Assembly: GCF_001006485.1 (NCBI RefSeq)
Contig: NZ_JUET01000078.1
Location: forward strand, 35,143-99,142
DNA length: 64,000 nt
Direction of reading: 5' to 3'
From: Tannerella forsythia
GTDB taxonomy: Bacteria > Bacteroidota > Bacteroidia > Bacteroidales > Tannerellaceae
Each line of letters opens with the position of its first letter. Position 1 is the first letter of the stretch. Below, one piece after another: positions 9,618 to 24,057 of this stretch. The notes below the pieces were generated by a model. The model had not been told where the DNA came from. It saw only the letters and a list, made by a program, of their open reading frames with translations, and did no database searches. The translations under genes were made by a program, and so were the position numbers.

Positions 9618-11069
9618 ATGAAACAATTACGATTTTTATGGATTATCTCCGTTATATTTGCTGCAACCTCGTGCGGTAACAACTGGTTAGACCTCGAATC
9701 TTCCATCTCCATCGATACCGAAACCAGCATCCGGTCGCTCAAAGACATCGAATTTACCCTGAACGGCATCTACAGTACCATGCAAAACTCCGATGCCTAT
9801 TCGGGACGGCTCGTCTACTATGGCGATGCAACGGGCGACGACATGCAGGCCGTCAGCTCAACCAAACGCGTAGCCAACTACTACCGCTTTAACTTTACGA
9901 AAGACAATGGCCCCTCCAGCCATTGGGCGTATCTCTATTTCATCATTCAGAACTGCAATCTGATCCTGCACAACATCGACAAAATACCCGTCGGTGAAAA
10001 AGAGAAAGGGCATGCTGCCGACCTGAAAGGGCAAACACTGGCCATACGGGGCATGGCATTGTTCGATCTGACGCGTATCTTCGGCTATCCGTATGCAAAA
10101 GACAACGGCAGATCGTTGGGGGTAGCGATCGTAGAGACCCTCCCGGACATCCACAGCAAACCCGCACGCAATACCGTAGCCGAGTGCTACGCCAAAGTCA
10201 TCGACGACCTGACGGCATCAGTCGGCCTGCTGGGCGGCAAGTTTAACAAGGGCAAGTTCAACAAATGGGCAGCCATGACCCTCCTCAGCCGCGTCTACCT
10301 CTACAAGGGCGAAAACGCTCCGGCACTGAAAACAGCCCGCGAAGCCATCGCCGGTGCGGAAAAGAACGGATATGCCTTGTGGACAAACGAAGCGTACCCG
10401 ACAGCATGGAGCAACGATGCCTCGGCCGCCAGCCCGGGCGAAGTACTGTTTGAAATCGTCAACCTGACTACCGACACGCCCGGCAAGGAAAGCATGGGCT
10501 ATCTTAGCTCGAAAGACGGCTACGACGACATTTGCATCACCTGCTCGTTCTATCGCCTGCTCAAGGAAGACCCCAAAGACGTGCGTCTGAAACTGCTGAG
10601 CTTCGACAAAAAGTACTATGCCTACGTAAACAAGTATCAGCCGCAGCAGAACGAAGCGATTCAAGATGCCAATATTCCGCTCATCCGCCTCTCCGAAGCA
10701 TACCTCAATGCAGCCGAAGCGGCAGTTAAAACGGGCGACAATGAAACGGCCGTGAAGTATCTCGACCCGATCGTCAAACGTGCCAATCCGGCCAACACGG
10801 TCGAAGGGAAAAGTCTGACCGTTGAAGACGTCCTGAACGAACGCCGCAAAGAACTGGTCGGTGAAGGACATCGCATGTACGACGTGATTCGTAACGGAAT
10901 GAAGGTAAAACGCAAGGATGTAGAGGAGCGTAACCTGAGCAAAACCAAACACGATACGCCTTACATGGAGTATGACTGGAATTTTTACATGATCGTACTC
11001 CCCATCCCCAAGAAAGAGATGGATACGAATCCGAATATGGTGCAGAATCCGGGATACGGGGGTAACTAA
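9618..11069 (+). CDS. susD: SusD/RagB-family nutrient-binding outer membrane lipoprotein
   Basis: Lipoprotein signal (IFAATSC). TPR-like helical SusD features are present, including the RSEAYLNAAEA motif and a C-terminal WNFYMIVLPIP..E motif. Confidence 0.9.
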   Translation: MKQLRFLWIISVIFAATSCGNNWLDLESSISIDTETSIRSLKDIEFTLNGIYSTMQNSDAYSGRLVYYGDATGDDMQAVSSTKRVANYYRFNFTKDNGPSSHWAYLYFIIQNCNLILHNIDKIPVGEKEKGHAADLKGQTLAIRGMALFDLTRIFGYPYAKDNGRSLGVAIVETLPDIHSKPARNTVAECYAKVIDDLTASVGLLGGKFNKGKFNKWAAMTLLSRVYLYKGENAPALKTAREAIAGAEKNGYALWTNEAYPTAWSNDASAASPGEVLFEIVNLTTDTPGKESMGYLSSKDGYDDICITCSFYRLLKEDPKDVRLKLLSFDKKYYAYVNKYQPQQNEAIQDANIPLIRLSEAYLNAAEAAVKTGDNETAVKYLDPIVKRANPANTVEGKSLTVEDVLNERRKELVGEGHRMYDVIRNGMKVKRKDVEERNLSKTKHDTPYMEYDWNFYMIVLPIPKKEMDTNPNMVQNPGYGGN

Positions 11070-11136
11070 TGTTCCTCGACCTCCTCTCTCTCGATAGAGA
11101 ACGGAATGTTATCTCAGCCTTTGTTGCAATCCGTTT

Positions 11137-11195
11137 GCCTCGTTTCTTATCGGTAAGATTCCGGCCTTTGTGCCGGGATTGATAAGAAACGAGGC
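11137..11195. terminator. Bidirectional intrinsic terminator (long perfect hairpin) between convergent susD and GH51
   Basis: gcctcgtttcttatc (11137-11151) pairs perfectly with gataagaaacgaggc (11181-11195). The loop holds an inner hairpin ccggcctttgtgccgg. Confidence 0.6.
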
Positions 11196-11212
11196 AATAA
11201 GTTTAGGGCTGT

Positions 11213-15201
<3,989 letters not shown>

Positions 15202-15221
15202 TACTTTCACCTGTCATACAT

Positions 15222-15248
15222 AAAAAAGCCGCGTAGAGCGGCTTTTTT
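15222..15248. terminator. Bidirectional rho-independent terminator between serpin (+) and DJ-1 (-)
   Basis: aaaaaagccgcgtagagcggctttttt. The gccgc/gcggc stem is flanked by an A-run and a T-run. Confidence 0.7.
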
Positions 15249-15786
15249 ATTTCAATAATAAATCTTTGGCGACTTGTTCCGCCGACTCGAGCCCTTCGAG
15301 ATGCTCCAGTATAGCCAACCCGAAATCGAAAACCAGTCCCGGTCCCCGACCGGTAATGATAGAACCATCGGTAACCGTCGGTACATTAACAACAGTTGCA
15401 CCTTTGAGGTACTCTTCAAATCCCGGATAACATGTCGCGCGCTTGCCTTCAAGCAGTCCCAATCCGCCGAAAACGAGCGGCGCAGCGCAAATAGCTGCCA
15501 GCGGCTTGCCGGCATCGTGATGGCGCACGATTTCCTTCTTCAATGCCTCGTAATCGTTAAGCATTGGACCTCCTCCGGGCAGTACGAGCACATCGGCATC
15601 GGCATAGCTGAGGTCTTCAAATAGCGCATCGGCAACAACAGAGATATCATGCCCTCCCTTAACGGTTGCGGCACCGGTCATTGAAACCGTTACAACGTGC
15701 ATTCCTCCACGGCGTAGTACATCGATTGTACCGATCGCTTCGACTTCTTCAAAGCCGGTTGCTAAAAATACATAAGCCTTTTTCAT
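15247..15786 (-). CDS. DJ-1/PfpI-family protein (ThiJ-like)
   Basis: 179 aa. The nucleophile elbow is AICAAP, with a flavodoxin-like fold pattern (MKKAYVFLATGFEEVEA...). Confidence 0.8.
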   Translation of the reverse strand: MKKAYVFLATGFEEVEAIGTIDVLRRGGMHVVTVSMTGAATVKGGHDISVVADALFEDLSYADADVLVLPGGGPMLNDYEALKKEIVRHHDAGKPLAAICAAPLVFGGLGLLEGKRATCYPGFEEYLKGATVVNVPTVTDGSIITGRGPGLVFDFGLAILEHLEGLESAEQVAKDLLLK

Positions 15787-15822
15787 CGTTTATAAGTTTT
15801 TTGAATGGTTATTACATGCGTT

Positions 15823-16659
15823 TTATCTTAATGAGTAGCGATACGTGATCGTTCCGCTCTGATTATTCGTGCCCTGAATACTGTTAAACTTCGCTTTCCG
15901 AGCAGCTTCGAGCGCACTTTTTCGCATCGTGGCATGGTCGATGTTCGTTCCTTTACCGATCTCGGCCATGATGACGTTGCCTCGCGGGTCGACGGTGATA
16001 TTGATCACGATCCGCCCCTCTTCCTGAATGGTGTAAGCCGGTTTGGGCAAGCCTCCCGCACCGATCGAACGACCGTTCAAGTTGAATGAACCGATACCGC
16101 CCACTCCTTCGTTTGCTCCGCTGTCGGAGTTGCCGAACGGGCTACCCTGATTGCCGCTGCCACTGGCCGCATCCCCCTGATTATTGTTCTCGCTACCTCC
16201 GGTTGAACCGAAAGCACCGGCTACGCGGTCACGGATAGCCTGCTCCTTACGCCGCTGCTCATCCGTCTGTTTCTTACGCTCCGCTTCCACCTTACGCTGC
16301 TCTGTTTCCTTTCTACGAGCCTCTTCCTGTTCTTTCTTCTCCTTCTTTTTCCGTTCCTCTTCGTTCTTCTTATTTGTGAGTGAAACAGATTCTTCCAGGT
16401 CCTGTGTGATCATTTCTTCGCGTGGAGTGGGATGGGCAGGCTGTGGCGGAGGAGCAGCCGTCATATCGGATGAAGCCGGCTCACCACGCGGCTCAAACTG
16501 TCCGGCTGCAAGATTGACATTGCCGAAATTCACCATGATACCGCTGTCTTCCTCCGGAACGATTGTTTTAAGTACCGTAAAATAGAGGACGAGTAAAATC
16601 GACAGATGAAAAATAATCGAGCCGATCAGCGCTATGATATCATTCTTTTCAAACTTCAT
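15823..16659 (-). CDS. tonB: Energy transducer TonB
   Basis: N-terminal TM helix, a Lys/Glu/Arg-rich charged linker and a C-terminal TonB domain. Its start overlaps the exbD stop (ATGA). Confidence 0.8.
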   Translation of the reverse strand: MKFEKNDIIALIGSIIFHLSILLVLYFTVLKTIVPEEDSGIMVNFGNVNLAAGQFEPRGEPASSDMTAAPPPQPAHPTPREEMITQDLEESVSLTNKKNEEERKKKEKKEQEEARRKETEQRKVEAERKKQTDEQRRKEQAIRDRVAGAFGSTGGSENNNQGDAASGSGNQGSPFGNSDSGANEGVGGIGSFNLNGRSIGAGGLPKPAYTIQEEGRIVINITVDPRGNVIMAEIGKGTNIDHATMRKSALEAARKAKFNSIQGTNNQSGTITYRYSLR

Positions 16660-17075
16660 GGCTTGTGAGACGGTGGACGAGTAGCCAATACCACCTTGAA
16701 TTTATTTTCGTTTGCGATATTCAATACTTTCACGATTTCTTTATATGGCACGGTTTCATCGGCATATAATGCAACGAACATCTCCGGCTCCTGAACGTAC
16801 TGCTCCTGAAGGAAAGGAGTAATCTCGTCGAATGTCACCATCCGTTCGCGTTGCTTCCCGGCCGCAACATAATAATTTCCGGCCGCATCGATCGTAACTC
16901 GTGTAAGCGGTTTCGCTGCCGTTTGCTTCTGAGCTTGAGGCAAGGTCAGTTTGATCGCATTCGGCACGACCACGGTCGACGTGACCATAAAAAAGATCAG
17001 CAAGAGAAAGATGACGTCTGTCATCGAAGCCATGCTGAATGCTGCATTGATTTTGGTTCTTCGTTTCAACGCCAT
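16656..17075 (-). CDS. exbD: Biopolymer transport protein ExbD/TolR
   Basis: 139 aa with a single TM helix (VIFLLLIFFMVTS) and an ExbD periplasmic domain. Confidence 0.85.
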   Translation of the reverse strand: MALKRRTKINAAFSMASMTDVIFLLLIFFMVTSTVVVPNAIKLTLPQAQKQTAAKPLTRVTIDAAGNYYVAAGKQRERMVTFDEITPFLQEQYVQEPEMFVALYADETVPYKEIVKVLNIANENKFKVVLATRPPSHKP

Positions 17076-17080
17076 GATGT

Positions 17081-17794
17081 TCAGTTAGCCGGTTCGTTCA
17101 GTATGTCCATAAATTCCATCGTATTGGCCTCTAATCGATTGACAACATTGTCGACACGCGCGACCAAGTAATTGTACGCGAAAAGAGCAATGATGCCTAC
17201 TACCAGACCGCCGACGGTTGTCACCAAAGCTTCGTAGATACCTCCCGACAGTAAGGATACATCCACATTCGTTCCGGCATTAGCCATATCGTAAAAAGCA
17301 CGTACCATTCCGGTCACCGTGCCCAGAAAGCCGATCATCGGAGCGCCGGCTGCTGTAGTGGCAAGTACCGGAAAGCCTTTCTCCAGTTTTGCAATTTCAA
17401 TATTGCCCGCATTCTCGATTGCCGCCAACACATCGTTCGTGGGACGTCCCAAACGGATAATTCCCTTTTCAATCATGCGGGCTGCCGGTGTTTTCGTCGT
17501 ACGACAGAGATTAAGAGCAGAATCGACTTTCCCTTCATACACATAATCCCGGATTCGGTTCATAAACGTTTCGTCGCTCTTGGCGGCCTGACGAATCACC
17601 AAAATCCGTTGAATAAAAAAGTAAATAGCGACTAAAGAAAGGATGAGGAGAACCCCCATCACCCATCCGCCTTTCAGTGCCAGGTCGATAATGTTCAGTT
17701 GCGCCTCCGTCGGGACGGTTTCCGGAGTCAGGTTCATCGGAGTTGCATTGGCCGGATTCGGCGTCACTTGTGCTAATGCTGCTAAAATGTTCAT
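17081..17794 (-). CDS. exbB: MotA/TolQ/ExbB proton channel protein
   Basis: Three TM helices. The conserved region is GMVRAFYDMA...VSLLSGGIYEALVTTVGGLVVGIIALFAYNYL. Confidence 0.85.
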   Translation of the reverse strand: MNILAALAQVTPNPANATPMNLTPETVPTEAQLNIIDLALKGGWVMGVLLILSLVAIYFFIQRILVIRQAAKSDETFMNRIRDYVYEGKVDSALNLCRTTKTPAARMIEKGIIRLGRPTNDVLAAIENAGNIEIAKLEKGFPVLATTAAGAPMIGFLGTVTGMVRAFYDMANAGTNVDVSLLSGGIYEALVTTVGGLVVGIIALFAYNYLVARVDNVVNRLEANTMEFMDILNEPAN

Positions 17795-17833
17795 ACGTTT
17801 TTCTGTTTTATATTTTTTTGTTCTTGTTTTTTT

Positions 17834-18553
17834 CTATCTCTGTATCAAGCAGTTTTTATAGAGCCTGATTGTTTCTTTCAAGCCGTAATAAAGAGCATCG
17901 CAGATCAGAGCGTGACCGATCGACACTTCTTCGAGCCATGGAACACGCGAGGCGAAGAAGGAAAGATTTTGCAGATTCAGATCATGACCGGCATTGATGC
18001 CGAGACCAAGTTCATGCGCACACGTAGCGGCTTCGACAAATGGGGCTACGGCAGTGTCTCTATCTATGGCATATTGCTGTGCATACGGTTCGGTATACAG
18101 TTCGATACGGTCGGTACCTGTCCGGGCAGCCCATTCCAAATTAGTCAAATCCGTTTCGACAAAAATAGACATACGGATCTGATGGCGCTTAAACAAATCT
18201 GCCAATCCGCTCAACAACTCGAAATGCTCCTGCACCTTCCATCCCGCGTTCGACGTGAGCACATCGGGGGCATCAGGAACTAATGTAACTTGTGTCGGCT
18301 TCACATCTAATACCAGATCGATAAATGATTGACTCGGATAGCCTTCGATATTCAACTCGGTACGAATATTCGGCTTGATGGCATAGACGTCGCTGTAACG
18401 GATGTGCCTTCTGTCAGGACGGGGATGCACGGTGATACCCTGTGCTCCGAACGATTCACAATCTTTGGCAATCTGTTCTATGTCAGGAGTATTCCCGCCT
18501 CGTGCATTACGGAGGGTAGCCGCCTTATTGATGTTCACACTTAATTTTACCAT
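17834..18553 (-). CDS. pdxJ: Pyridoxine 5'-phosphate synthase
   Basis: [24 protein letters not shown]...[12 protein letters not shown]...ELYTEPYA...EVSIGHALI matches PdxJ across its length. Confidence 0.9.
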   Translation of the reverse strand: MVKLSVNINKAATLRNARGGNTPDIEQIAKDCESFGAQGITVHPRPDRRHIRYSDVYAIKPNIRTELNIEGYPSQSFIDLVLDVKPTQVTLVPDAPDVLTSNAGWKVQEHFELLSGLADLFKRHQIRMSIFVETDLTNLEWAARTGTDRIELYTEPYAQQYAIDRDTAVAPFVEAATCAHELGLGINAGHDLNLQNLSFFASRVPWLEEVSIGHALICDALYYGLKETIRLYKNCLIQR

Positions 18554-18584
18554 GCAAGATCAGTCTTATTCCGTTCATATATTC

Positions 18585-18592
18585 TATATTTG
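18585..18592 (+). promoter_or_regulatory. Candidate -7 promoter box (TAnnTTTG) for nadK
   Basis: tatatttg lies 56-74 bp upstream of the nadK start, in the divergent pdxJ/nadK intergenic region. Confidence 0.35.
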
Positions 18593-18647
18593 TCGAGAAA
18601 TATACATGCAAATGTAGGATGAATTGAGAAATTATTAAAGAAATTCG

Positions 18648-19541
18648 GTGCAAAAGATTTATAAAATGAAAGTTGGATTATTCGGCAGTGGGTATCACAC
18701 GGATAAATTACCGTTGATTCGCAGATTGTTCAAAAAATTAGCCGCATTGAAGGCGGAAGTCTATGTGTCGCACAATTTCTATACCTTTCTGGCCGAGTTT
18801 CCGGAAGTATGCCCGATGATTGACGGCATACTTCAAGTGCCTCCGTTCGATCTGGATATCGCATTAAGTGTCGGAGGAGACGGGACATTTCTCCGCACGG
18901 CAGAACAGATCAACAGACAGAACATTCCGATTTTAGGGATCAATACGGGACGATTGGGATTCCTGGCCGATATCGGAGCAGAGCAGATTGAAGAAACACT
19001 TGACGAACTTTATCATAAACATTATCATATAGAAGAGCGAATGTTGCTCCGGCTGGATATGGACAAACATTCGTTTGAAGGGTATAACTGTGCCTTGAAC
19101 GAGGTCGCGATCCTCAAGCGTGAGACATCGTCCATGATCACGATTCATACAAGTTTGAACGATGAATACCTGACATCGTACCAGGCCGACGGGTTAGTCA
19201 TTGCCACCCCCACCGGCTCTACGGCTTATTCGATGAGTGTCAACGGGCCCATCATTTTGCCACAAAGCGATAACATTGTATTAAGTCCGGTGGCGCCGCA
19301 CAGCTTGAATGTACGCCCTCTCGTGGTGCCCGGATCGTATAAAATTTCGTTAAATATCGAAAGTCGTACCCACTCCTTTCTAATCTCCCTGGACGGACGT
19401 TCGCAAAGCTGCCCGACAGATGTAAGACTTTCCGTTTCTAAAGCGGATTTTTCAACACTTATTATCAATCGGTATAACCAGACTTTCTATCAAACTTTAC
19501 GTGATAAATTGATGTGGGGAGCTGACAAAAGAGTTAAATAA
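18648..19541 (+). CDS. nadK: NAD(+) kinase
   Basis: The GGDGT motif (LSVGGDGTFLRTA), the NTGRLGFL motif and the C-terminal beta-sandwich are present. An alternative start is MKVGLFG at 18666. Confidence 0.9.
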   Translation: MQKIYKMKVGLFGSGYHTDKLPLIRRLFKKLAALKAEVYVSHNFYTFLAEFPEVCPMIDGILQVPPFDLDIALSVGGDGTFLRTAEQINRQNIPILGINTGRLGFLADIGAEQIEETLDELYHKHYHIEERMLLRLDMDKHSFEGYNCALNEVAILKRETSSMITIHTSLNDEYLTSYQADGLVIATPTGSTAYSMSVNGPIILPQSDNIVLSPVAPHSLNVRPLVVPGSYKISLNIESRTHSFLISLDGRSQSCPTDVRLSVSKADFSTLIINRYNQTFYQTLRDKLMWGADKRVK

Positions 19542-19652
19542 ACATAACGCAGTGCATTTTTCTGCCGAAGAATTATGTTGGATAGCATAAAACGCCTTAT
19601 CTTTGCATCGTGTTTTTCATGGTATTAGATTTAAGGTTAACAATGAAGATTG

Positions 19653-19686
19653 TGGTTGTCGTGAGACAACCATTTCTTTTTTATAG
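19653..19686 (+). terminator. Rho-independent terminator downstream of nadK
   Basis: tggttgtc-gtga-gacaacca hairpin followed by tttctttttt. Confidence 0.55.
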
Positions 19687-19773
19687 AAGTTCCTAAATTT
19701 CACCTCCCTTTTCCCTCTATCTAACTAAAACAAGAATTAATTCCGTTTTTGTCATTAACTAATGAAAAAACGC

Positions 19774-19781
19774 TATATTTG
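19774..19781 (+). promoter_or_regulatory. Candidate -7 promoter box (TAnnTTTG) with an upstream TTTG for secDF
   Basis: tatatttg lies 55 bp upstream of the secDF ATG. TTTG at 19748-19751 is about 22 bp upstream (candidate -33 element). Confidence 0.4.
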
Positions 19782-19835
19782 CACCCTAAAAAAAAGAGGA
19801 ATAAGAACAAATAACATATAAATCAAGAAATTCAA

Positions 19836-22800
19836 ATGCAAAACAAAGGATTTGTGAGAGTTTTTGCGATATTGCTTACTCTGGTTTGCCTCTATTATCT
19901 TTCTTTCTCGTTTGTGACGAGAAAATATTATAAAGAGGCGGCAGAGTATGCAAACGGAAGCTCGTCGAAGGAGAGTTTTTATTTAGACTCGTTAGCCAAC
20001 AAAAAAGTGTGGTTTGGCGCTTATACGTTGAAGCAGTGCCGGGAAATGGAAGTGACCTTAGGGCTTGACCTGAAAGGGGGAATGAACGTTGTATTGGAGC
20101 TCAACGTGCCGGATGTAATCCGTTCGTTAGCCAACAACAGTCAGGATGTCAACTTCAACAAGGCATTGGAATCGGCTTATGCCCGTCAGGCAACCAGCCA
20201 GAGAAACTTTGTTGATCTGTTCGCCGAAGAGTATAAGAAGCTGGACCCGGGTGCACATCTGTCAGCCCTTTTCAGCACGTTTGAACTGAAAGAAAAAATT
20301 AATCCGCAAAGCTCTGATGATCAAGTTGTTTCCGTACTCAAAGAAGAGCTGCAAAGCGCCATCGACAACTCCTTTAATGTATTACGTACGCGTATAGACC
20401 GCTTTGGAGTTGTTTCGCCCAATATCCAGCGTCTGGAAACTGCCGGACGTATCTTGGTCGAATTGCCGGGTGTGAAAGAGCCTGCACGTGTGCGTAAACT
20501 CTTGCAGGGAAGTGCCAATCTCGAGTTTTGGGAAACGTATAACCTGACCGAGATCAACCAGCAGCTGATGGCAGCCGATCAAGTGTTGGCACGTGTCCTG
20601 ACGCCCGTATCGGCTGAGGCTGATACGACAGCAGCTTCCGTGCCGACTTCCGAATCGGCGGTACAAACCGACACGATGGCCTCACAAGCCACCGACTCGC
20701 TGATCGCACAGTTGGGAGGTGAGGAGCAACAAACTCCCGAAGCCAACATGTCGTTGGAAGAATACGCCAAACAACACCCGTTGTTTGCTTTGTTGCAACT
20801 GAACGTAGACCCAACCGGACGTTACCTGATTCCGGGACCGGTGGCAGGCTATGCGAGAAAAACAGATATGGAAAAGATTTCCGAATATCTGAATATGCCG
20901 CAAGTGAAAGCCGTGCTCCCGAATAACATTATCTTCCGTTGGGGTGTAAAAGCAATGGATGAGAACGATCAGTTTTATCAGTTGTATGCACTGAAAGTGA
21001 CGAACCGCGACGGCACACCGGCCATGAGTGGCGATGTCGTGACGAATGCGGTGGCCGACTTTGCACAGCAGCAGATCGGACGTTCGCAGTATCAGGTGAG
21101 CATGACGATGAATGCCGAAGGAGCACGTGAATGGGCACGTCTGACGAAAGAAAACATCAAGCGAAGCATCGCAATCGTGCTGGACGGCATGGTTTATTCG
21201 GCTCCGACCGTTCAGACAGAAATTACCGGCGGACAGTCGCAGATTACGGGAGACTTTACGCAGGATGAAGGAAAAGACTTGGCCAACGTATTGAAATCCG
21301 GAAAGATGGCCGCTTCGGTAAATATCGTACAGGAAGATATCGTAGGACCGTCACTCGGTCATGAAGCGATTCAGGCGGGAGTTATCTCATTCGTTCTGGC
21401 TCTGATCATTTTGATGATCTACATGTGTGCCATCTACGGCCTTGTACCGGGTATGATCGCCAACGGCGCATTGGTGCTGAATATTTTCTTTACCATGGGT
21501 ATTCTCGCATCGTTCCAAGCCGTACTGACGCTGCCGGGTATTGCCGGTATGGTGCTCACGTTGGGTATGGCCGTCGATGCAAACGTATTGATCTATGAAC
21601 GTACAAAAGAAGAACTGCGTAACGGTAAACAATTGGCCAAGGCGATTGCCGACGGTTACTCGAACGCTTTCTCGGCAATTTTCGACGCTAACCTGACAAC
21701 GGTCATCACAGGCATCGTATTATTCGTCTTCGGAACAGGTCCCATCCGCGGATTTGCCACGACCTTGATTATCGGCTTGATCGCTTCGTTCTTAACGGCC
21801 GTCTTCCTGACACGTCTCGTATACGAAGCATTACTGGCAAAAGACAAGATCAAGCATCTGACATTCACAACTCCGGTATCGAAAAATATTCTGACTGACC
21901 CGAAAGTAAACTTCCTCGGCAAACGGAAAATCGGATATCTGATCCCGCTAATTATCATTGTTCTCGGTACGGTATCGATGTTTACCGTAGGGTTGAATAA
22001 CGGCATCGACTTTACAGGAGGACGGAATTATGTGATCCGTTTCGATAAGGACGTACGCACGGACGAAATCCGTTCAGCACTGGAGCCGCAGTTGCAGGGT
22101 GGATCGGTAGGGGTAATTACAATCGGCTCCCAGAATCAGGTACGCGTATCTACGAACTATCGTATTGCAGACAATGCGCAGGATGTAGACGATGATATTA
22201 CCGGAAAGCTGTATGCCGGTCTCCAATCCTTCTTGCCGGAGGGTACCACATTCGAACAGTTTACCTCCGACCATATTCAAAGTTCGCAAAAGGTAGGACC
22301 AAGTATGGCCGATGACATCAAAAACAGCGCATTCATGGCTGTGATTTTCGCCATGTTCTGTATGGCTTTGTATATCCTCGTTCGTTTCCGCGACGTCGCT
22401 TTCTCGATCGGCGTATTCGTGTCTGTTGCAGTAACGACTTTGTGCATCATCGCATTCTATACGCTGCTATGGAAGATTATGCCGTTTTCCATGGAGGTCG
22501 ATCAGACATTTATTGCCGCTATCCTGACGGTAATCGGCTACTCGATCAACGATACCGTGGTTGTCTTCGACCGTATCCGCGAGACGATTCAGAACTATCC
22601 GAAACGGGATCGCTATCAGGTAATCAACGACTCCTTGAACTCTACGCTTGCACGTACCTTCAGTACGTCAATCTCCACGTTTATCGTTGTATTTATTATT
22701 TTCCTGTTGGGAGGGTCTACGATTCAAAGCTTTACGTTCGCGATCCTGTTAGGCGTGATCGTCGGCACGTATTCCACGCTGTTTGTGGCAACCCCGATTG

Positions 22801-22868
22801 CTTACGAAATTCAGAAACGTAAATTCAAAACGGCAGAGCATGCTTCGGCAGTAGCTGCTACGGCGTAA
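19836..22868 (+). CDS. secDF: Fused protein translocase subunit SecDF
   Basis: 1010 aa with two SecD/SecF-type 6-TM bundles and large periplasmic domains. The fusion is typical of Bacteroidetes. Confidence 0.9.
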   Translation: MQNKGFVRVFAILLTLVCLYYLSFSFVTRKYYKEAAEYANGSSSKESFYLDSLANKKVWFGAYTLKQCREMEVTLGLDLKGGMNVVLELNVPDVIRSLANNSQDVNFNKALESAYARQATSQRNFVDLFAEEYKKLDPGAHLSALFSTFELKEKINPQSSDDQVVSVLKEELQSAIDNSFNVLRTRIDRFGVVSPNIQRLETAGRILVELPGVKEPARVRKLLQGSANLEFWETYNLTEINQQLMAADQVLARVLTPVSAEADTTAASVPTSESAVQTDTMASQATDSLIAQLGGEEQQTPEANMSLEEYAKQHPLFALLQLNVDPTGRYLIPGPVAGYARKTDMEKISEYLNMPQVKAVLPNNIIFRWGVKAMDENDQFYQLYALKVTNRDGTPAMSGDVVTNAVADFAQQQIGRSQYQVSMTMNAEGAREWARLTKENIKRSIAIVLDGMVYSAPTVQTEITGGQSQITGDFTQDEGKDLANVLKSGKMAASVNIVQEDIVGPSLGHEAIQAGVISFVLALIILMIYMCAIYGLVPGMIANGALVLNIFFTMGILASFQAVLTLPGIAGMVLTLGMAVDANVLIYERTKEELRNGKQLAKAIADGYSNAFSAIFDANLTTVITGIVLFVFGTGPIRGFATTLIIGLIASFLTAVFLTRLVYEALLAKDKIKHLTFTTPVSKNILTDPKVNFLGKRKIGYLIPLIIIVLGTVSMFTVGLNNGIDFTGGRNYVIRFDKDVRTDEIRSALEPQLQGGSVGVITIGSQNQVRVSTNYRIADNAQDVDDDITGKLYAGLQSFLPEGTTFEQFTSDHIQSSQKVGPSMADDIKNSAFMAVIFAMFCMALYILVRFRDVAFSIGVFVSVAVTTLCIIAFYTLLWKIMPFSMEVDQTFIAAILTVIGYSINDTVVVFDRIRETIQNYPKRDRYQVINDSLNSTLARTFSTSISTFIVVFIIFLLGGSTIQSFTFAILLGVIVGTYSTLFVATPIAYEIQKRKFKTAEHASAVAATA

Positions 22869-22892
22869 TTTCGTATTACATAAATTGAAAAG

Positions 22893-22934
22893 AGGCAGTT
22901 TTTCATCAACGCGATGAAGCTGCCTTTTCTTTTG
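22893..22934 (+). terminator. Rho-independent terminator after secDF
   Basis: aggcag-t-ttcatc aacgcg gatgaa-g-ctgcct, followed by ttttctttt. Confidence 0.6.
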
Positions 22935-23167
22935 TATCCCCCGATTATTCTCCCTTGTGAATTCATTTCAATGTTATTGGGTGGATGGGAACCCTAATTT
23001 TATCGCCACTCTTATTGCCATTCAAAAAGGGGCTTGGAAACAAAAATGGACTATTCAGAAAGCGCATATACTGACCTCGAAGATGGCTTTTCAGGCTTTC
23101 CAATCATTTATCGTATACTAATAATTAAATACAATGCGTACCCTCGTCCCTTCATTTTAAATAATAC

Positions 23168-23184
23168 CCCCTATTTTTAGGGAT
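23168..23184. repeat. Degenerate direct repeat, copy 1 (ccctatttttagggat...gagaaaaaat)
   Basis: The 15-nt core cctatttttagggat (itself a small CCCTA/TAGGG palindrome) plus roughly 20 nt of flanking similarity recurs about 150 bp downstream. Confidence 0.5.
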
Positions 23185-23317
23185 CGACCGAGAAAAAATT
23201 CCTTTTATATTCACCAAAAATATAAAAATTCCTCACATAAAAAAAAGAATTAAACTAAAAATCTCAACCCTACATAAGAAAAACAAGAAATTCACAAACC
23301 TCGAAAAAGAATAAATA

Positions 23318-23332
23318 CCTATTTTTAGGGAT
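23318..23332. repeat. Degenerate direct repeat, copy 2
   Basis: Identical 15-nt core cctatttttagggat, followed by taacagagacaaaaat (compare cgaccgagaaaaaat in copy 1). Confidence 0.5.
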
Positions 23333-23404
23333 TAACAGAGACAAAAATACTTTCTACCTTTGTGGCCGTTATTATAATATCAAAATTAAAAAAAAACATT
23401 TCTA

Positions 23405-23638
23405 ATGAAAAGAACATTTCTTTATGTCGGATGTATTGCAGGAGCTGTCTTGCTTCTACTGGGTTCCTGTTCCGACAACATGTTCGAAGATGTCAATACG
23501 TCTCCGAAAGGAAAAGCGGAAGCTATAAAGTTGAGAAGTATGGCCAATGAAGACGAGAAAGAAAAATATCTCATTCAATTTGCTGAAGTATTGTCAAAAG
23601 CTACCTATGCAAGGAAAGATGTCCGTGAGTTCCAGTAG
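23405..23638 (+). CDS. Hypothetical small lipoprotein (77 aa)
   Basis: Lipoprotein signal MKRTFLYVGCIAGAVLLLLGSC. It lies in an AT-rich islet and has no recognisable domain. Confidence 0.45.
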   Translation: MKRTFLYVGCIAGAVLLLLGSCSDNMFEDVNTSPKGKAEAIKLRSMANEDEKEKYLIQFAEVLSKATYARKDVREFQ

Positions 23639-23701
23639 CAGTCGTTCATACATATAACACAGGATATGTTAAATTTGCTTTGGCAGTAGAATAATAGAAA
23701 A

Positions 23702-24049
23702 ATGAAGACCAAAAGCCTTTTTATCTTATTAGCCGTTATTGTGAGTGGATTGTTTTTCTCATGCTCCAAAAAAGAGAAGGATTACAAGGTAACCATTAAA
23801 GTATTCAGTGATAACCCTTGTGTCCCGGTCAGATTAGAGGGTTACGAGACTCACTATTCGACCATCATGAGGTTCAGATGGGATAAAGAATTTATTGTAC
23901 CCCCTGAAAGCTATCTCGAGATGAAAGCTGAATGTGTAGAGGACAAAGACAAGAACGACACATTGCTGAGAATCGAATTCTGGGTAGATGGAGAATTACG
24001 CAAACAAAAAGAATGGCACGGCTATGTTCATTTAAAAATGAAATTATAA
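23702..24049 (+). CDS. Hypothetical small lipoprotein (115 aa)
   Basis: Lipoprotein signal MKTKSLFILLAVIVSGLFFSC. It is followed by a terminator hairpin and has no recognisable domain. Confidence 0.5.
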   Translation: MKTKSLFILLAVIVSGLFFSCSKKEKDYKVTIKVFSDNPCVPVRLEGYETHYSTIMRFRWDKEFIVPPESYLEMKAECVEDKDKNDTLLRIEFWVDGELRKQKEWHGYVHLKMKL

Positions 24050-24057
24050 GCGTCAAA

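Noticed and set aside
10218-10952. 244-aa minus-strand ORF within susD
   Set aside because: It is antisense to the conserved SusD coding sequence and has no signal peptide or domain.
15823-16659. Lys/Glu/Arg-rich low-complexity block in TonB as a possible separate feature
   Set aside because: It is the normal charged periplasm-spanning linker of Bacteroidetes TonB proteins, not an insertion or repeat element.
23168-23332. Possible CRISPR array or IS terminal repeats at the cctatttttagggat repeats
   Set aside because: There are only two imperfect copies in direct orientation, about 150 bp apart. There is no regular spacer periodicity, no cas genes and no transposase, so it is reported only as a degenerate direct repeat.
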